Part shown: in pieces, positions 28,974-39,142 of the stretch | Position numbering within the stretch: position 1 is the first letter of the stretch | How the letters are laid out: each line of letters begins with the position of its first letter | Virus record (IMG/VR): IMGVR_UViG_3300028809_000014 | Coordinates: 1-61,241 of that record | Source: a virus | Lineage: Duplodnaviria > Caudoviricetes | Direction: 5' to 3' (one strand) | DNA: 61,241 bases | Notes under the pieces: model-generated | What the model was told of the DNA's origin: nothing | Databases searched by the model: none | What the model saw: only the letters and a program-made list of their open reading frames with translations | Position numbers and translations under genes: made by a program

Positions 28974-31900
28974 GCGGTGGCGGCGGAAGCGGCATTCGGG
29001 GGTACTGGTACTTCCTGGGACTCCACATGGGCATTGGCCGTGGACCGATCAACTCCGTGGTCGAGATGCGCGTGGGCGATAAGACGCTCGTGAACATCGA
29101 GATTGCCGGCGACGCCGTGTTCCCGATCTACCGGCCGGATCTGTTTGGCGGTGAAGACGCTGAAGGTGGTGTCGGCGGTGCGTGCTACGTGATGATGGGT
29201 GGCCCCACGCAAGAGGCTCCGTTGGCGTTGCGCACGATGATCGGTGGCGGGATCATTCCGGCCGTGTTGCCCGGCTTCCGTCGCATGGCGACCATCTTCT
29301 TCGACGGCTTCATTGCGGCCATCAACCCGTACCCCAAGCCGTGGAAGTTCCGTGTGCGCCGCACGACCGCTGGCTGGGACGGCGCACCGTGGTACCCCGA
29401 GAAGTGCCTGATCGAACTCACGCGCCCGTGGACGCTCGCTGAGATCACGAGCAGCCCGATGATCCACGCGATGAACCCGGCACACATCTTCTACGAGGTG
29501 ATGACGAACCGTGAGTGGGGCCGAGGCCTTCCGCGTGCGGCCATGGATGATGCCAACCTGCGCGCCGTGGCTGACGCTCTGCATGCCGAAGGGTTCGGCC
29601 TTTGCCTGCGTTGGACGCGCAGCGACAGCATCGAGACTTTCGTTCAGTCGATCCTCGATCACATCGGCGCCGTCATGCGGCCGAACCTTGTGACGGGCGA
29701 ACTGCAACTCAAGCTGCTGCGCGACGACTACGTGTTTGCGGATCTGCCGCTGTTCACGAACGAGTCCGGCTTGCTCGACATCACCGAGGCCTCCGTGGCC
29801 GCAACGCCGACGATCATCAACCACGTGCGTGTGAACTTCAACGATCCGATCACGGGCAAGGCTGCGAGCGTGGGCACGCACAACCTCGCGGGCGTGCAAG
29901 GGTCGGACGGTGAGATCAACACCCAGGTGAAGGACTACCCTGGACTGTGCACACCGGATCTGGCTGCGCGCGTGGCCTTGCGGGATCTACGCCTGTCGAG
30001 CAACTCGCTGCGCCGCTTCACGCTCACGCTGGATCGCCGTGGCGCCGACGTGCGGCCGGGCGACGTGATCCGCATTCAAGACCCGACGCGGATGATCCCG
30101 GACATGGCCGTGCGTGTTGGCCGCTTCGAGGATGGCCCGATGACCGACGGCCGCATTCGGATCACCGCCGTGCAGGACGTGTTCTCGCTGAGCGCCGCGT
30201 CGTACATCGGCAATCAGCCGCCATCGTGGGAAGCGCCGAACACGACGCCGTGCATTGGCTACAACCGCTCGTTCGAGATCCCTTACTTCATGCTGGCCCG
30301 CATGATGAGCAAGGCGGATCTCGACTACCTCGATGACGATGAAGGCCGGCTCGGTGAAGTCGTTGAGCTTGGCGGCCGTCCGATGAACTCGGGCTACCGT
30401 TTGGCTGTGCGCAACGGCGCGCCGACTGAAGAGGACATCCCTGACGCTGACACCGACTACTGTCCGACCGTGCCTGCGCACTGGGATGGTGGTGACTGCG
30501 TGCGCGTGGTTGTTGGTGAAGGTGGAGTTGTCATCAACGTTGCGCCCGCTTGGTCGCCTATGCCCGATCCTGATTACGGAGACATAACTCTGTACATGCA
30601 CGGGACCGTTGTGAGTCCTGATGGCTTGACGTTGAGCACAGCCGACGGGCCCGTGTCAGCACCACAGTACGTGGATATCAGCGGCGGCTCTGAGAACTAC
30701 CTTTTTTCGGATCAGTCACTTCGAGTTGAATTCAATGAAGGAAGCAATCCAGAGTTGACTCCGACGATGCCGTTGCGACTTTATAACGGCACGACTCTCG
30801 TCTATAGCAGCACGCTCTACCGCGCGGGAGGTACCTTCCCTGGGTTCCCGGACGTGGCCGTCTACTTCGAGCGCCCTGTCGCAGATATCGCCGTTGTTCC
30901 GTGGCCTGAGTTTCCAGCTACACACTCGACCGTGCCGAGCAACCCGATGGCTCCGTTCGTTGGCGAGAGTCTGCGCATGGAACTCGGTGATGTGCCAGAG
31001 CGCGTTGTCGAGGCGTGCTGCGTGTGTCTTGAGATCCGCATGCACGGCGCGCCTGTGTCGGCTGGTCTTCCGTATCAACACTTCGTCACTGATGGTGTCA
31101 TCGACACGCCGAGCAGCTTGACGCCATCACCACTCACCCCGTCCTGGGGTAGCCCGTATGTGAGTGAAGAAGAAGGGGTCTACAACTATTCGGATACCAG
31201 TCTTGTCTTCGGCTTTCAACCCGATACGAGCCCGTTCCTTACGAACGTGATGACCTGCAAGGTGTACGACGACGATGATGGTGGCGCGTTGGTCTACGAG
31301 ACAGTTCTCTATCGGCCTGACGCGATTACTTCTGGCTCAACGGCGCCGTACTACGAACGTCCGATGGCTTCATGGCCGGCCGACATTCAGGCGACTTACC
31401 CGCTGCTCCACACGTCGCCGCCGTCGAACCCTGCCGTCGCTCTTGCCGGTCACAACCTGCGGTTCGTCTTGAACACGGCCAGTGCGTGCTGCGGTGGGTT
31501 GCCGTCTTCATGCAACGGCTACTACGAGTTCACCGACCGTGATGTTGACAGTCGTGCCGGTGCTATTTTGGTTATGCGTTCCATTGGCAGTTTGGTGACG
31601 GGCCTTCGAGACGCGCATGACGGCGGCACATCATGTAGCACGATCCTCGGCTTCATACCCACCTACGTCACGCAGTTCAATCTACCGCAAGTCGGCTATG
31701 TTGAAGACGGCAGTGTCGTCACTCTTTCAACTTTCGTGCCAGGGAACGGTGAGAGCAACACCAGTGACTATACGCAGAACTTGATCCTTGAGATTGACGA
31801 CGTGAACTATGGTTGGTGGACATGCAACTTCGCGGCTGACGGCACGTTGCTTAGTTTTGTTGACAACACGACCTACGGGCCAACCGTGCAGATCGGCGGG

Positions 31901-32044
31901 GTTGGCGGCGCTGCGGAAATGACGATCTTCCCTGGCGCCCTGGCGAAAGGCGGTTATTTCCCGAATCAACACGTCCTCACGGACATCAGCGATCATGAAG
32001 CATGGCTGACGTGCATCATCCCAGCCTGCGCTATCGAACTCTAA
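28970..32044 (+). CDS. Central tail tip/hub protein, N-terminal part plus unrelated C-terminal insert
   Basis: GY.Y..GLHM, LFGG...EGG, NPYPKPW, MNPAHI, EGFGL, LKLLRDDY, PGDVIRI, AVQDVF. Confidence 0.82.
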   Translation: MSGGGGSGIRGYWYFLGLHMGIGRGPINSVVEMRVGDKTLVNIEIAGDAVFPIYRPDLFGGEDAEGGVGGACYVMMGGPTQEAPLALRTMIGGGIIPAVLPGFRRMATIFFDGFIAAINPYPKPWKFRVRRTTAGWDGAPWYPEKCLIELTRPWTLAEITSSPMIHAMNPAHIFYEVMTNREWGRGLPRAAMDDANLRAVADALHAEGFGLCLRWTRSDSIETFVQSILDHIGAVMRPNLVTGELQLKLLRDDYVFADLPLFTNESGLLDITEASVAATPTIINHVRVNFNDPITGKAASVGTHNLAGVQGSDGEINTQVKDYPGLCTPDLAARVALRDLRLSSNSLRRFTLTLDRRGADVRPGDVIRIQDPTRMIPDMAVRVGRFEDGPMTDGRIRITAVQDVFSLSAASYIGNQPPSWEAPNTTPCIGYNRSFEIPYFMLARMMSKADLDYLDDDEGRLGEVVELGGRPMNSGYRLAVRNGAPTEEDIPDADTDYCPTVPAHWDGGDCVRVVVGEGGVVINVAPAWSPMPDPDYGDITLYMHGTVVSPDGLTLSTADGPVSAPQYVDISGGSENYLFSDQSLRVEFNEGSNPELTPTMPLRLYNGTTLVYSSTLYRAGGTFPGFPDVAVYFERPVADIAVVPWPEFPATHSTVPSNPMAPFVGESLRMELGDVPERVVEACCVCLEIRMHGAPVSAGLPYQHFVTDGVIDTPSSLTPSPLTPSWGSPYVSEEEGVYNYSDTSLVFGFQPDTSPFLTNVMTCKVYDDDDGGALVYETVLYRPDAITSGSTAPYYERPMASWPADIQATYPLLHTSPPSNPAVALAGHNLRFVLNTASACCGGLPSSCNGYYEFTDRDVDSRAGAILVMRSIGSLVTGLRDAHDGGTSCSTILGFIPTYVTQFNLPQVGYVEDGSVVTLSTFVPGNGESNTSDYTQNLILEIDDVNYGWWTCNFAADGTLLSFVDNTTYGPTVQIGGVGGAAEMTIFPGALAKGGYFPNQHVLTDISDHEAWLTCIIPACAIEL

Positions 32045-32053
32045 GGAATCCAT

Positions 32054-32899
32054 ATGGCAGCAATCGACTACAACATCCGCAGCGTTCTCAATCAGATGTG
32101 CCCCAACGCAATGCTTGAAGGCGTGATGGCGCTTGCAGGCGGCCCGACGGCCACGGCGATCTTTCGCATGCAACACGTCAGCAACATGGTCAGCAACCCT
32201 GACGTGCGCATCGGCCAAGGGGTCATGATCCAAGACGAGATCATGCGCATCGAAGCGTTCACTGACACGTCGTTGATCCTGGCCCGTGGTTGTGCCGACA
32301 CGATCCCGCAGGCGCACACCGACGGGGCGATGATCTGGTTCTTCGATGGGTGGATGGGCACGGACAACCAAGAGTACATCTCGGGCGAGACCATCGGCGT
32401 CAAGGCGCTACCCACGACGGTCGGCGGTACGAGCGTACCGGTTGACGGCGTGCCGCCCACGCAGTTGATCTTTAACAGCCGGCAGGTGCGGCCGTATGCG
32501 CCCGGGAACATGAAGGCGAACGGCGACATCTGGACGACCTCGCACGACATCACCTTGGCCGCTCCAACGCTGACCCTTACATGGGCGCACCGTGACCGCA
32601 AGACGCAGCACGACATCTTGGTGGCGCACCACGAGGCAGGCACCGGCCTGGAGGCTGGATCGAGCTACACGATCCGCGCACTGAGCACCACGGGCACCGA
32701 GCGTGCGGCCTACACGGGCGTGACCGACGAGACCTGGGCATACACGTTGGCGCAGGCGCAAACGGACTACGGCATCACCCCTGGCACGGGGCCGGCGTTC
32801 GTCGAAGGGATCATCGAGTTGAAGACCGTGCGAGACGGCTTTGACTCGTGGTCGATCTACCGCATTCCCTTCCGCGTCTCCAACGAAGTGACGCCCTAG
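32054..32899 (+). CDS. Tail tip protein C-terminal part encoded as a separate gene
   Basis: DEIMRI...LARGCADTIPQAH, R..RPYAPGN, LTWAHRDR..Q, RDGFDSW; RBS AAGGA. Confidence 0.7.
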   Translation: MAAIDYNIRSVLNQMCPNAMLEGVMALAGGPTATAIFRMQHVSNMVSNPDVRIGQGVMIQDEIMRIEAFTDTSLILARGCADTIPQAHTDGAMIWFFDGWMGTDNQEYISGETIGVKALPTTVGGTSVPVDGVPPTQLIFNSRQVRPYAPGNMKANGDIWTTSHDITLAAPTLTLTWAHRDRKTQHDILVAHHEAGTGLEAGSSYTIRALSTTGTERAAYTGVTDETWAYTLAQAQTDYGITPGTGPAFVEGIIELKTVRDGFDSWSIYRIPFRVSNEVTP

Positions 32900-32977
32900 C
32901 CAAAACCGGGCGGCGGCCTATAATCTGCCGCGCATTACCCTGTTTCCCCTCTGTAGTCAATCTGAAAGGAATCACCC

Positions 32978-33223
32978 ATGGCAGCACAAGAGCAAACCAC
33001 GCCGAACCTCGGCCTGGAGATCGGTCGGCTCGGCGACGAGTTCGCCATCCGCAAGAACTTCGAGAAGATCGACGAGGCATTCGCAGGTCTCGCCGAGCCA
33101 GCTGAACCGGTCGAGCCCGGCACGCTGGCAATGTTGACGGCAGGTACCGACACCGTGCCGCGTCTGTTCAGCGCGAAGGACATCAGCGACTTCGTGAACG
33201 CCAAGATCGCAGCCATCCCCTGA
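32978..33223 (+). CDS. Small virion-associated hypothetical protein
   Basis: RBS AAGGA; TPNLGL...NFEKID fibre-type N-terminal motif. Confidence 0.6.
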   Translation: MAAQEQTTPNLGLEIGRLGDEFAIRKNFEKIDEAFAGLAEPAEPVEPGTLAMLTAGTDTVPRLFSAKDISDFVNAKIAAIP

Positions 33224-33247
33224 TCCACTGGCGCACGCCAACCCTCG

Positions 33248-33282
33248 GACCATCAGCGATCACACGACGCTGGTGGTCTTTT
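33248..33282 (+). terminator. Terminator
   Basis: GACCATCAGCG/CGCTGGTGGTC stem then TTTT. Confidence 0.6.
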
Positions 33283-33310
33283 CACATCAAGCATTTGAAA
33301 GACAAACATC

Positions 33311-34891
33311 ATGAGCGATACGTTCTTCCCAATCGGCAAACTCCCCATCAAGGCCATCGACAACGGTGACGGCACCTACTCGATCTCGACCAGCGGCGGT
33401 GGCGGGGGCGGCGGTGCAGATCGCGAGCTGTCGATCACGACCTACCGTGCGAACAAGAACTTCACGGGCGCGACCACGGGCAACCTGATCACGGCTACGC
33501 GCATGATCGACGTGAGCGGCACGGAGCCCACGCAAGTCGGCGACACGGTGTGGCGCAACGAGACAACGAACACGGTACTTGCCGGCGCACCTCTGGCCGC
33601 AGACATCGATCTGGCGACGGGCGGTGGTGGCGCCACGAATGCCGAGATGACTGTGTTGATCGAGGCGCAGACGGCAGCGATCAAGGCCGGCGTGATTGCT
33701 ACGGGCAACGTGGCCGATAACGCGACGGACTCGGGTAATGCCATCAAGGTCGCCGGTATTAACAAGACCGCCCGTCCCACTTATGGCGCGGACTCTCGGG
33801 TTCCTTTGCACATGGATACCCGAGGCAACTTGTTCACGTCTATCTCAAGTGGCACGGACGTGGCGGTAGTTAGCCCGAGCAAAATTGACGCAATGCCTAA
33901 TACCACGGTATCGCTTGCAACCACGGGTTATGGCTTTGTTTATAACGGTACAAACTGGGACCGCATGCGGGGCAGTGTGAACGGTCTGTTCATGCAAGGT
34001 AACGTTGCCTCTGCCGTGGCCGACGCAGGTAACCCGCTGAAGCTGGGCGCTGTCTATAGCAATGCGCAGATTCCGGTCGCAACCGGTCAACGCACGAATC
34101 TGTACACCACGCTTCACGGTTCTTTGCTGGTTGCACAGGAAAATGGTGCAGGACTGTCCGACTCGATGCAGGCCTACGCGACGATTGGCCGTAACGGGTC
34201 CGATCTTCTGTTTGGCTCAGCAAACATGGTCTACGACGGCAGCAACTACCTGCGCATGCGCGGGGGCCTGCAAGGCGTGATGATGCAAGGTGGCACGGCC
34301 AGCGGTTCTACTGACGCAGGCAACCCAGTGAAGATCGGTGGCGTCTACAGCGTCACCCCCGCCAACATCTCAGATGGTCAGCGCGGGAACATCCGCATTG
34401 GCTTTAACGGGGCCGTGATTCAATCGCCAAACTTCGGGGCAACCGCCGCAGCCGACACGAATAACAACAACGTTGTTCGCGGTGTTCTGGACAACGGCAA
34501 CAACCAGATCATCCAATTGGTTGGTTCCGTGGTCCATAACGGCACAACGTGGGACCGCATGCGCGGCGATACGACCGGCCTTGCCGTCAACGTGCTCAAG
34601 GCCCCACTCGTCGCCCGCAAGCTCACGGTCAGCGGCACGACCGCTGAGGTGGCTCTGACCGGTGGCTGCAAGCGCGTGTCGATCTACAACCGTGGCACCG
34701 ACACGCGTTTCGTGATCGCCAACGCAACGGGCGGCACGGTCAACAACGCAACGGACCACTTCATCGCTGCCGGTGAGCGATTGGAGTTCGGCAACCTGGA
34801 CATCAGCGTTGGCGCCACGCCGTTCATCAAGGTCATCCGCGACAGCGCTGTGTCGGCGGACGGCGAACTCAACATCACGGAGCTTTCGTAA
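33311..34891 (+). CDS. Fibre-like virion protein with three internal repeats
   Basis: Three repeats of D.GN..K..G ... (Y/H).G..(W/Y).RMRG. Confidence 0.65.
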   Translation: MSDTFFPIGKLPIKAIDNGDGTYSISTSGGGGGGGADRELSITTYRANKNFTGATTGNLITATRMIDVSGTEPTQVGDTVWRNETTNTVLAGAPLAADIDLATGGGGATNAEMTVLIEAQTAAIKAGVIATGNVADNATDSGNAIKVAGINKTARPTYGADSRVPLHMDTRGNLFTSISSGTDVAVVSPSKIDAMPNTTVSLATTGYGFVYNGTNWDRMRGSVNGLFMQGNVASAVADAGNPLKLGAVYSNAQIPVATGQRTNLYTTLHGSLLVAQENGAGLSDSMQAYATIGRNGSDLLFGSANMVYDGSNYLRMRGGLQGVMMQGGTASGSTDAGNPVKIGGVYSVTPANISDGQRGNIRIGFNGAVIQSPNFGATAAADTNNNNVVRGVLDNGNNQIIQLVGSVVHNGTTWDRMRGDTTGLAVNVLKAPLVARKLTVSGTTAEVALTGGCKRVSIYNRGTDTRFVIANATGGTVNNATDHFIAAGERLEFGNLDISVGATPFIKVIRDSAVSADGELNITELS

Positions 34892-36966
34892 TGAAGTCGC
34901 GCGCCACTCGAATGAGACAGATCGGGGGCCGCGTGCTCCCTATCGCTGCTGTCGTTGCTTCGATCTTCACCACGGCCGCCTCGCAAGGTGCGCAGATGTG
35001 GCGATACGAAGCGGGGGACATGAGTTCGATGTATCAGGATTCAATCGGCTCCAGTCCGGTTTTCAAGTTGGAACAACCTGTAGGTTTGATGCTCGACAAG
35101 TCCAAGGAGACCACGAGCGCAATCAACGTAGCTCCCGAGCTTGTGTCGGCCAATTGGCCCACGCAAAACGTGTCTTGGGTTGTCGCCGATGGTGTTGCGT
35201 CGTGCTCTGGAACGGGTACAGGTTCTACGGCTACTGTGTCTGGAACCCTGCAAGCTCGCAAGATTTACAGAGCTGAGTTTGAAGTCTTCGAGTACGTCAG
35301 CGGTTCGGTGACATTGCCCTATGACGGATCAGGCCAGAACGCGAAGTTTGTAAACGGCACAGGCAAATACTCGCACACGTTCATTCCAGTTGGCTCGGCT
35401 CTCGCCATCTACAGCAATCTTTTCGTAGGTAAGGTTCGCAACGTGCGGCTATATGAAGTGCCGTTCACTGAGTTAGTGACGAATGGCTATTTCGACACGG
35501 ACCTTTCAGGCTGGACGCCAACGAACGTCGGGGCCGGTACATCCACGTGGTCAGCAGGTACGGTTGCTATCGACAGTGGTGCAACCACGGGGGACAGCAC
35601 ACGTATTCGTCAGGCTGTTGTCGCTATCGCAGGCTGGTATGAAATCCAATGGACAGTGACAAATTGGACCGGGCTTTCCGTTAACAATCGAATCACCGTT
35701 GGCTCGACTCCTGGGAACACGGATTATCTTGCGGTGAACATTGGGGCTAACGGGCTGGGTCGTCGTGTCTTCTACGCGTCCGCTGGAACTCTCAACATTG
35801 AGGTGCTGTCCAGTAACGCATCTGGCACGCGGAATCAGTTCAATCTTGACGCTGTGACGATGCGCGCAGTCCCCGGCAACCACCGCTACCAACCTACGTC
35901 CACGGCACGGCCTGTGTTGAGTGCTCGGTTGAACCTGCTCACGTACAGTGAACAGATGGACAACGCCGCATGGTCCAAGCAGCCGGGCGGTGTGGGGACA
36001 GCCCCTGTTGTCACTGCAAATCAAGCGACCGCACCTGATGGGACGATGACGGCTGACTTGGTGACTTTCGCACTTAATGGCGGCACAACCAGCGCGGATA
36101 TCTCCCAGCTACAAGCCTCGGCTACGTCCGTTGTCAACGGGGGCACTTATACCGCGTCTATCTGGATGAGAACAAGTGACGGCTCTACTGTTTCCGTTAA
36201 CTTGGTTAATGCAGCAGGGCAAATTCTGGCTGCGTCGGTCACTCCTGCATGGCAGCGCTTTTCTGTCGGTGGTTTGTCTTCAGCTACAGGCAGCAGTAAT
36301 TTGCGTGTTCGCCTTAGAGGCGCTGAAGGTACGGCCAACGCAGCAAGCCTGTATCTGTGGGGCGCACAGCAAGTTATCGGTAGCGCCCCTGAGCGCTATC
36401 AACGCATCGTCGCAGCCACGGACTACGACGCAGCGGGCTTCCCGTCTTACCTGAAGTACGACGGCGTTGATGATTGCTTGTTCACGCCGGGCAACGTGGA
36501 CTTCACGAACACGGACAAGATCACCGTGGTCACGGGCATTCAGAAGAACAGTGATACAGGCGCAGGCGTTGTTTTTGAGTTTGGGCCATCCATCAGTACA
36601 GCAGACGGCAGCTTTGCTATTTTTGCTCCTGCCTCGGCAGCACCAAATATCCAATGGCTCGCACGCGGGACAATTCTGGTCAGCACAACGCCATCAGGCT
36701 ACCCCGCGCCATCACGCTTAGTTGTCTCCGGTCAGAATGACATCAGCGGTGCCCGCAGTGTCATTCGAGTTGGTGGTGTCGCATTGAATAATGCCAATGG
36801 GCAAGGTACTGGAAACTATGGCAGTTACCCGCTTTACTTCGGACGGCGGGCCAACGCATCGCTGCAATGGAACGGCCAAGAGTACAGCAGTATGGGTATC
36901 GGCCAGAAGCTGTCGCCTGACAACCTACTAACCCTTGAGCGGTACACCGCAGGAGTTACGCAATGA
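34891..36966 (+). CDS. Tail fibre/receptor-binding protein with carbohydrate-binding-like and LamG-like domains
   Basis: QD..G..PV...QPVGL.LDKS, ELVTNGYFDTDLSGW, NLL.YSE....AAW, APDGT.TAD, WGAQ, YLKYDGVDD. Confidence 0.72.
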   Translation: MKSRATRMRQIGGRVLPIAAVVASIFTTAASQGAQMWRYEAGDMSSMYQDSIGSSPVFKLEQPVGLMLDKSKETTSAINVAPELVSANWPTQNVSWVVADGVASCSGTGTGSTATVSGTLQARKIYRAEFEVFEYVSGSVTLPYDGSGQNAKFVNGTGKYSHTFIPVGSALAIYSNLFVGKVRNVRLYEVPFTELVTNGYFDTDLSGWTPTNVGAGTSTWSAGTVAIDSGATTGDSTRIRQAVVAIAGWYEIQWTVTNWTGLSVNNRITVGSTPGNTDYLAVNIGANGLGRRVFYASAGTLNIEVLSSNASGTRNQFNLDAVTMRAVPGNHRYQPTSTARPVLSARLNLLTYSEQMDNAAWSKQPGGVGTAPVVTANQATAPDGTMTADLVTFALNGGTTSADISQLQASATSVVNGGTYTASIWMRTSDGSTVSVNLVNAAGQILAASVTPAWQRFSVGGLSSATGSSNLRVRLRGAEGTANAASLYLWGAQQVIGSAPERYQRIVAATDYDAAGFPSYLKYDGVDDCLFTPGNVDFTNTDKITVVTGIQKNSDTGAGVVFEFGPSISTADGSFAIFAPASAAPNIQWLARGTILVSTTPSGYPAPSRLVVSGQNDISGARSVIRVGGVALNNANGQGTGNYGSYPLYFGRRANASLQWNGQEYSSMGIGQKLSPDNLLTLERYTAGVTQ

Positions 36967-37355
36967 GCAAGCATGGTCTCTTTGGCATTCGTCGTTGGCG
37001 TGATGACAAATCAGGGCGAGAAGGTTTGTCCTTCTGGTGCCCTGGCTGTAAGTCGGCACACAGCATCGGGCTCAGCGGTCCTGGCCCTAACTGGAGCTTC
37101 AACGGCGACTACGACAAGCCTGTGCTGTCACCAAGCATTCTCGTGTCTATCGGTGGTGAAGGAACGCGTGACCCCGACACGGGCCTGCCGTATCCACGGG
37201 AAACCCTGTGCCACTCGTTCGTCGGCTGCAATGGCGCGCAGCCAGGACAGATCGTCTACCTGGGTGACAGCGGCGCACATGAACTTCGAGGTGCGCACGA
37301 CCTTGAACCATGGCCGCGCGACTACGGCTTCGGCTCTGAAGGAGATGACCAATGA
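36963..37355 (+). CDS. Cys/His protein (DUF6527-like)
   Basis: FWCPGC...H, WSFNGD..KP..SPSIL, CHSFV, GQI.YL.D..H. Confidence 0.65.
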   Translation: MSKHGLFGIRRWRDDKSGREGLSFWCPGCKSAHSIGLSGPGPNWSFNGDYDKPVLSPSILVSIGGEGTRDPDTGLPYPRETLCHSFVGCNGAQPGQIVYLGDSGAHELRGAHDLEPWPRDYGFGSEGDDQ

Positions 37356-37756
37356 CGTACATCCACCGTTGCATGATCGTGCCCGCTGCGAACGCGCCAC
37401 TTGCGCGCGAATTGGTCGTGGTGCTTGCCGGCGAGCCTGCGGCCAACATGTTCACCACGGGTCTGTCGCCAACCGGAGATGAGCCGTTCACGCACTTCAT
37501 CTCGTCGGGCATGATCGAGGACACGTTCGGCGCGGTGCTCACCGATCCTGCCTTGATGGCATCGCTCTGCGTGAACGCCGGCAGGCAGATCACCGAGGTC
37601 GAGTGTGCGGCTCTCCTGGCCGCGTGCGACATCAGCGAAGACGATCCGTTCGTTGCGCTGGAACGCCTGAACCTCGTGATGCTGACGGCTGAGCAACTGG
37701 CCGAACGTGCGGCGGCACGACAGGCCGCAAATGGCGGGGTGGTGCTCAATGGCTAA
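37352..37756 (+). CDS. Hypothetical protein, fibre-associated
   Basis: RBS AAGGAG; MF..GLS.TG..P.TH.ISSG. Confidence 0.65.
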   Translation: MTYIHRCMIVPAANAPLARELVVVLAGEPAANMFTTGLSPTGDEPFTHFISSGMIEDTFGAVLTDPALMASLCVNAGRQITEVECAALLAACDISEDDPFVALERLNLVMLTAEQLAERAAARQAANGGVVLNG

Positions 37757-38174
37757 AATCTCCCAAGACCCACCATCTGGAGAAGCAATGTCATCCGACA
37801 CCCAACCCGGCAAATTGCTCGACAGCCACGGCCAACCGATCAAGCACTCACGCGTGAAGCTCGACTTCACGATCAACATCCCCACGTTGATCTCGATCAT
37901 CAGCCTGAGTGCCGGTTTGGCGACCTGGGGCGTGCGCACCTACTACGAGATGAGCGCGCGCACTGATCGCAACACTTACGACCTCGCCGTTCTTCAAGAT
38001 CGCCTTCGTGCGATTGAAGGGCAGGTCACCCAGGTACGAGCCGACAACAGCACCTCGGTGCAGGCTCTACGCGGCGAGATCCGTGTTGATCTGCTGGAGA
38101 TCAAAGGGACTCTCAAAGACCTCATGTTCCGCCAGCCGGGCGGCGGTCGCAACCTTCAAGAATGGAGCCGATAG
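37749..38174 (+). CDS. Putative holin or antiholin (one TM plus coiled coil)
   Basis: INIPTLISIISLSAGLATWGV TM segment; directly upstream of endolysin; start uncertain. Confidence 0.5.
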   Translation: MAKISQDPPSGEAMSSDTQPGKLLDSHGQPIKHSRVKLDFTINIPTLISIISLSAGLATWGVRTYYEMSARTDRNTYDLAVLQDRLRAIEGQVTQVRADNSTSVQALRGEIRVDLLEIKGTLKDLMFRQPGGGRNLQEWSR

Positions 38175-38873
38175 ATGGCAACTAGCAAGTCTCTTCCCCG
38201 TGGCATTCGCGCGAACAATCCGGGCAACATCGACCGCAACCCCGCCAACAAGTGGCAAGGTCTCGCGGCCGACCAAAGCAGCGATTCGCGGTTCTGCGTG
38301 TTCACCGATCCGACCTGGGGTATCCGCGCCCTGGCCGTGACCCTGACCAGCTATCAGGACAAGTACGGCATCCGCACGATCAAGGACATCATCGGCCGCT
38401 GGGCGCCGGGCCACGAGAACGACACCGATGCCTACGTGCGCATGGTCGCGCAGCAAACCGGCCTGACGGCAACGATGCGCCTGGATCTGCACGACTACCA
38501 GTTCATGGAGCCCATCGTGCAGGCCATCATCCGCCACGAGAACGGCAAGGGCCCGCTGAGCACGCCCAACACGTGGTACGGCCAGGACGTGATCGACTCG
38601 GCCCTGGCGCGTGCCGGCATCGTCAAGAAGGCATCCATGGTTGCCAAGGTGCCCGTGACCCGCGAGACCGTGGCTGCGACCTCGGTGGGTACGCTGGGCG
38701 TGGCGCAACTCGCGGACATGGCCCCGCAGATCTCGGCCGCGCTGGACAAGTCGCAAGACAACCTGTCCTCGGGCTCGTGGGTGCGCATCGTCATCGGCGT
38801 CGCCACCATCGCCTTCGCGGTCTATATCGCGTGGTCGCAGGTCAAGAAGCACAAGCTGGGGGTGGTCGAGTGA
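38175..38873 (+). CDS. Putative endolysin (lysozyme-like) with C-terminal membrane segment
   Basis: PRGIRANNPGNI, II.RWAP..ENDT.AY, AIIRHENG; C-terminal TM; upstream of spanins. Confidence 0.75.
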   Translation: MATSKSLPRGIRANNPGNIDRNPANKWQGLAADQSSDSRFCVFTDPTWGIRALAVTLTSYQDKYGIRTIKDIIGRWAPGHENDTDAYVRMVAQQTGLTATMRLDLHDYQFMEPIVQAIIRHENGKGPLSTPNTWYGQDVIDSALARAGIVKKASMVAKVPVTRETVAATSVGTLGVAQLADMAPQISAALDKSQDNLSSGSWVRIVIGVATIAFAVYIAWSQVKKHKLGVVE

Positions 38874-39142
38874 TTACCGTGCTCATGGCCCGCCTGCAAG
38901 GCTGGGCGCTCACCACGCTGGCTGTCTTAGCCGTGTTGGTGGGCGCCTACGCTTACGGCCATCGCACGGCCAAGAAGGCGGCGAAGAAGGAATCGGATCT
39001 GGCCGAGGCACAGCGCGCGACGGCCGGCGCGAAAGGAGTTGAAGATGCAAGGCGTGAAGTCGATAAGCTGCCTGACGGTGGCGCTGCTGATGAGCTTCGT
39101 CGTGACTGGATGCGAGACGACCCCGCCGATCCGCCACCCTGA
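38870..39142 (+). CDS. Inner-membrane spanin (Rz-like)
   Basis: GTG start overlapping endolysin stop; N-terminal TM then helical domain ending LRRDWMRD. Confidence 0.72.
   Translation: MITVLMARLQGWALTTLAVLAVLVGAYAYGHRTAKKAAKKESDLAEAQRATAGAKGVEDARREVDKLPDGGAADELRRDWMRDDPADPPP

Noticed and set aside
30480-36966. Diversity-generating retroelement or invertible fibre cassette
   Set aside because: No reverse transcriptase, invertase or near-identical nucleotide repeat pair seen; repeats are diverged at protein level.
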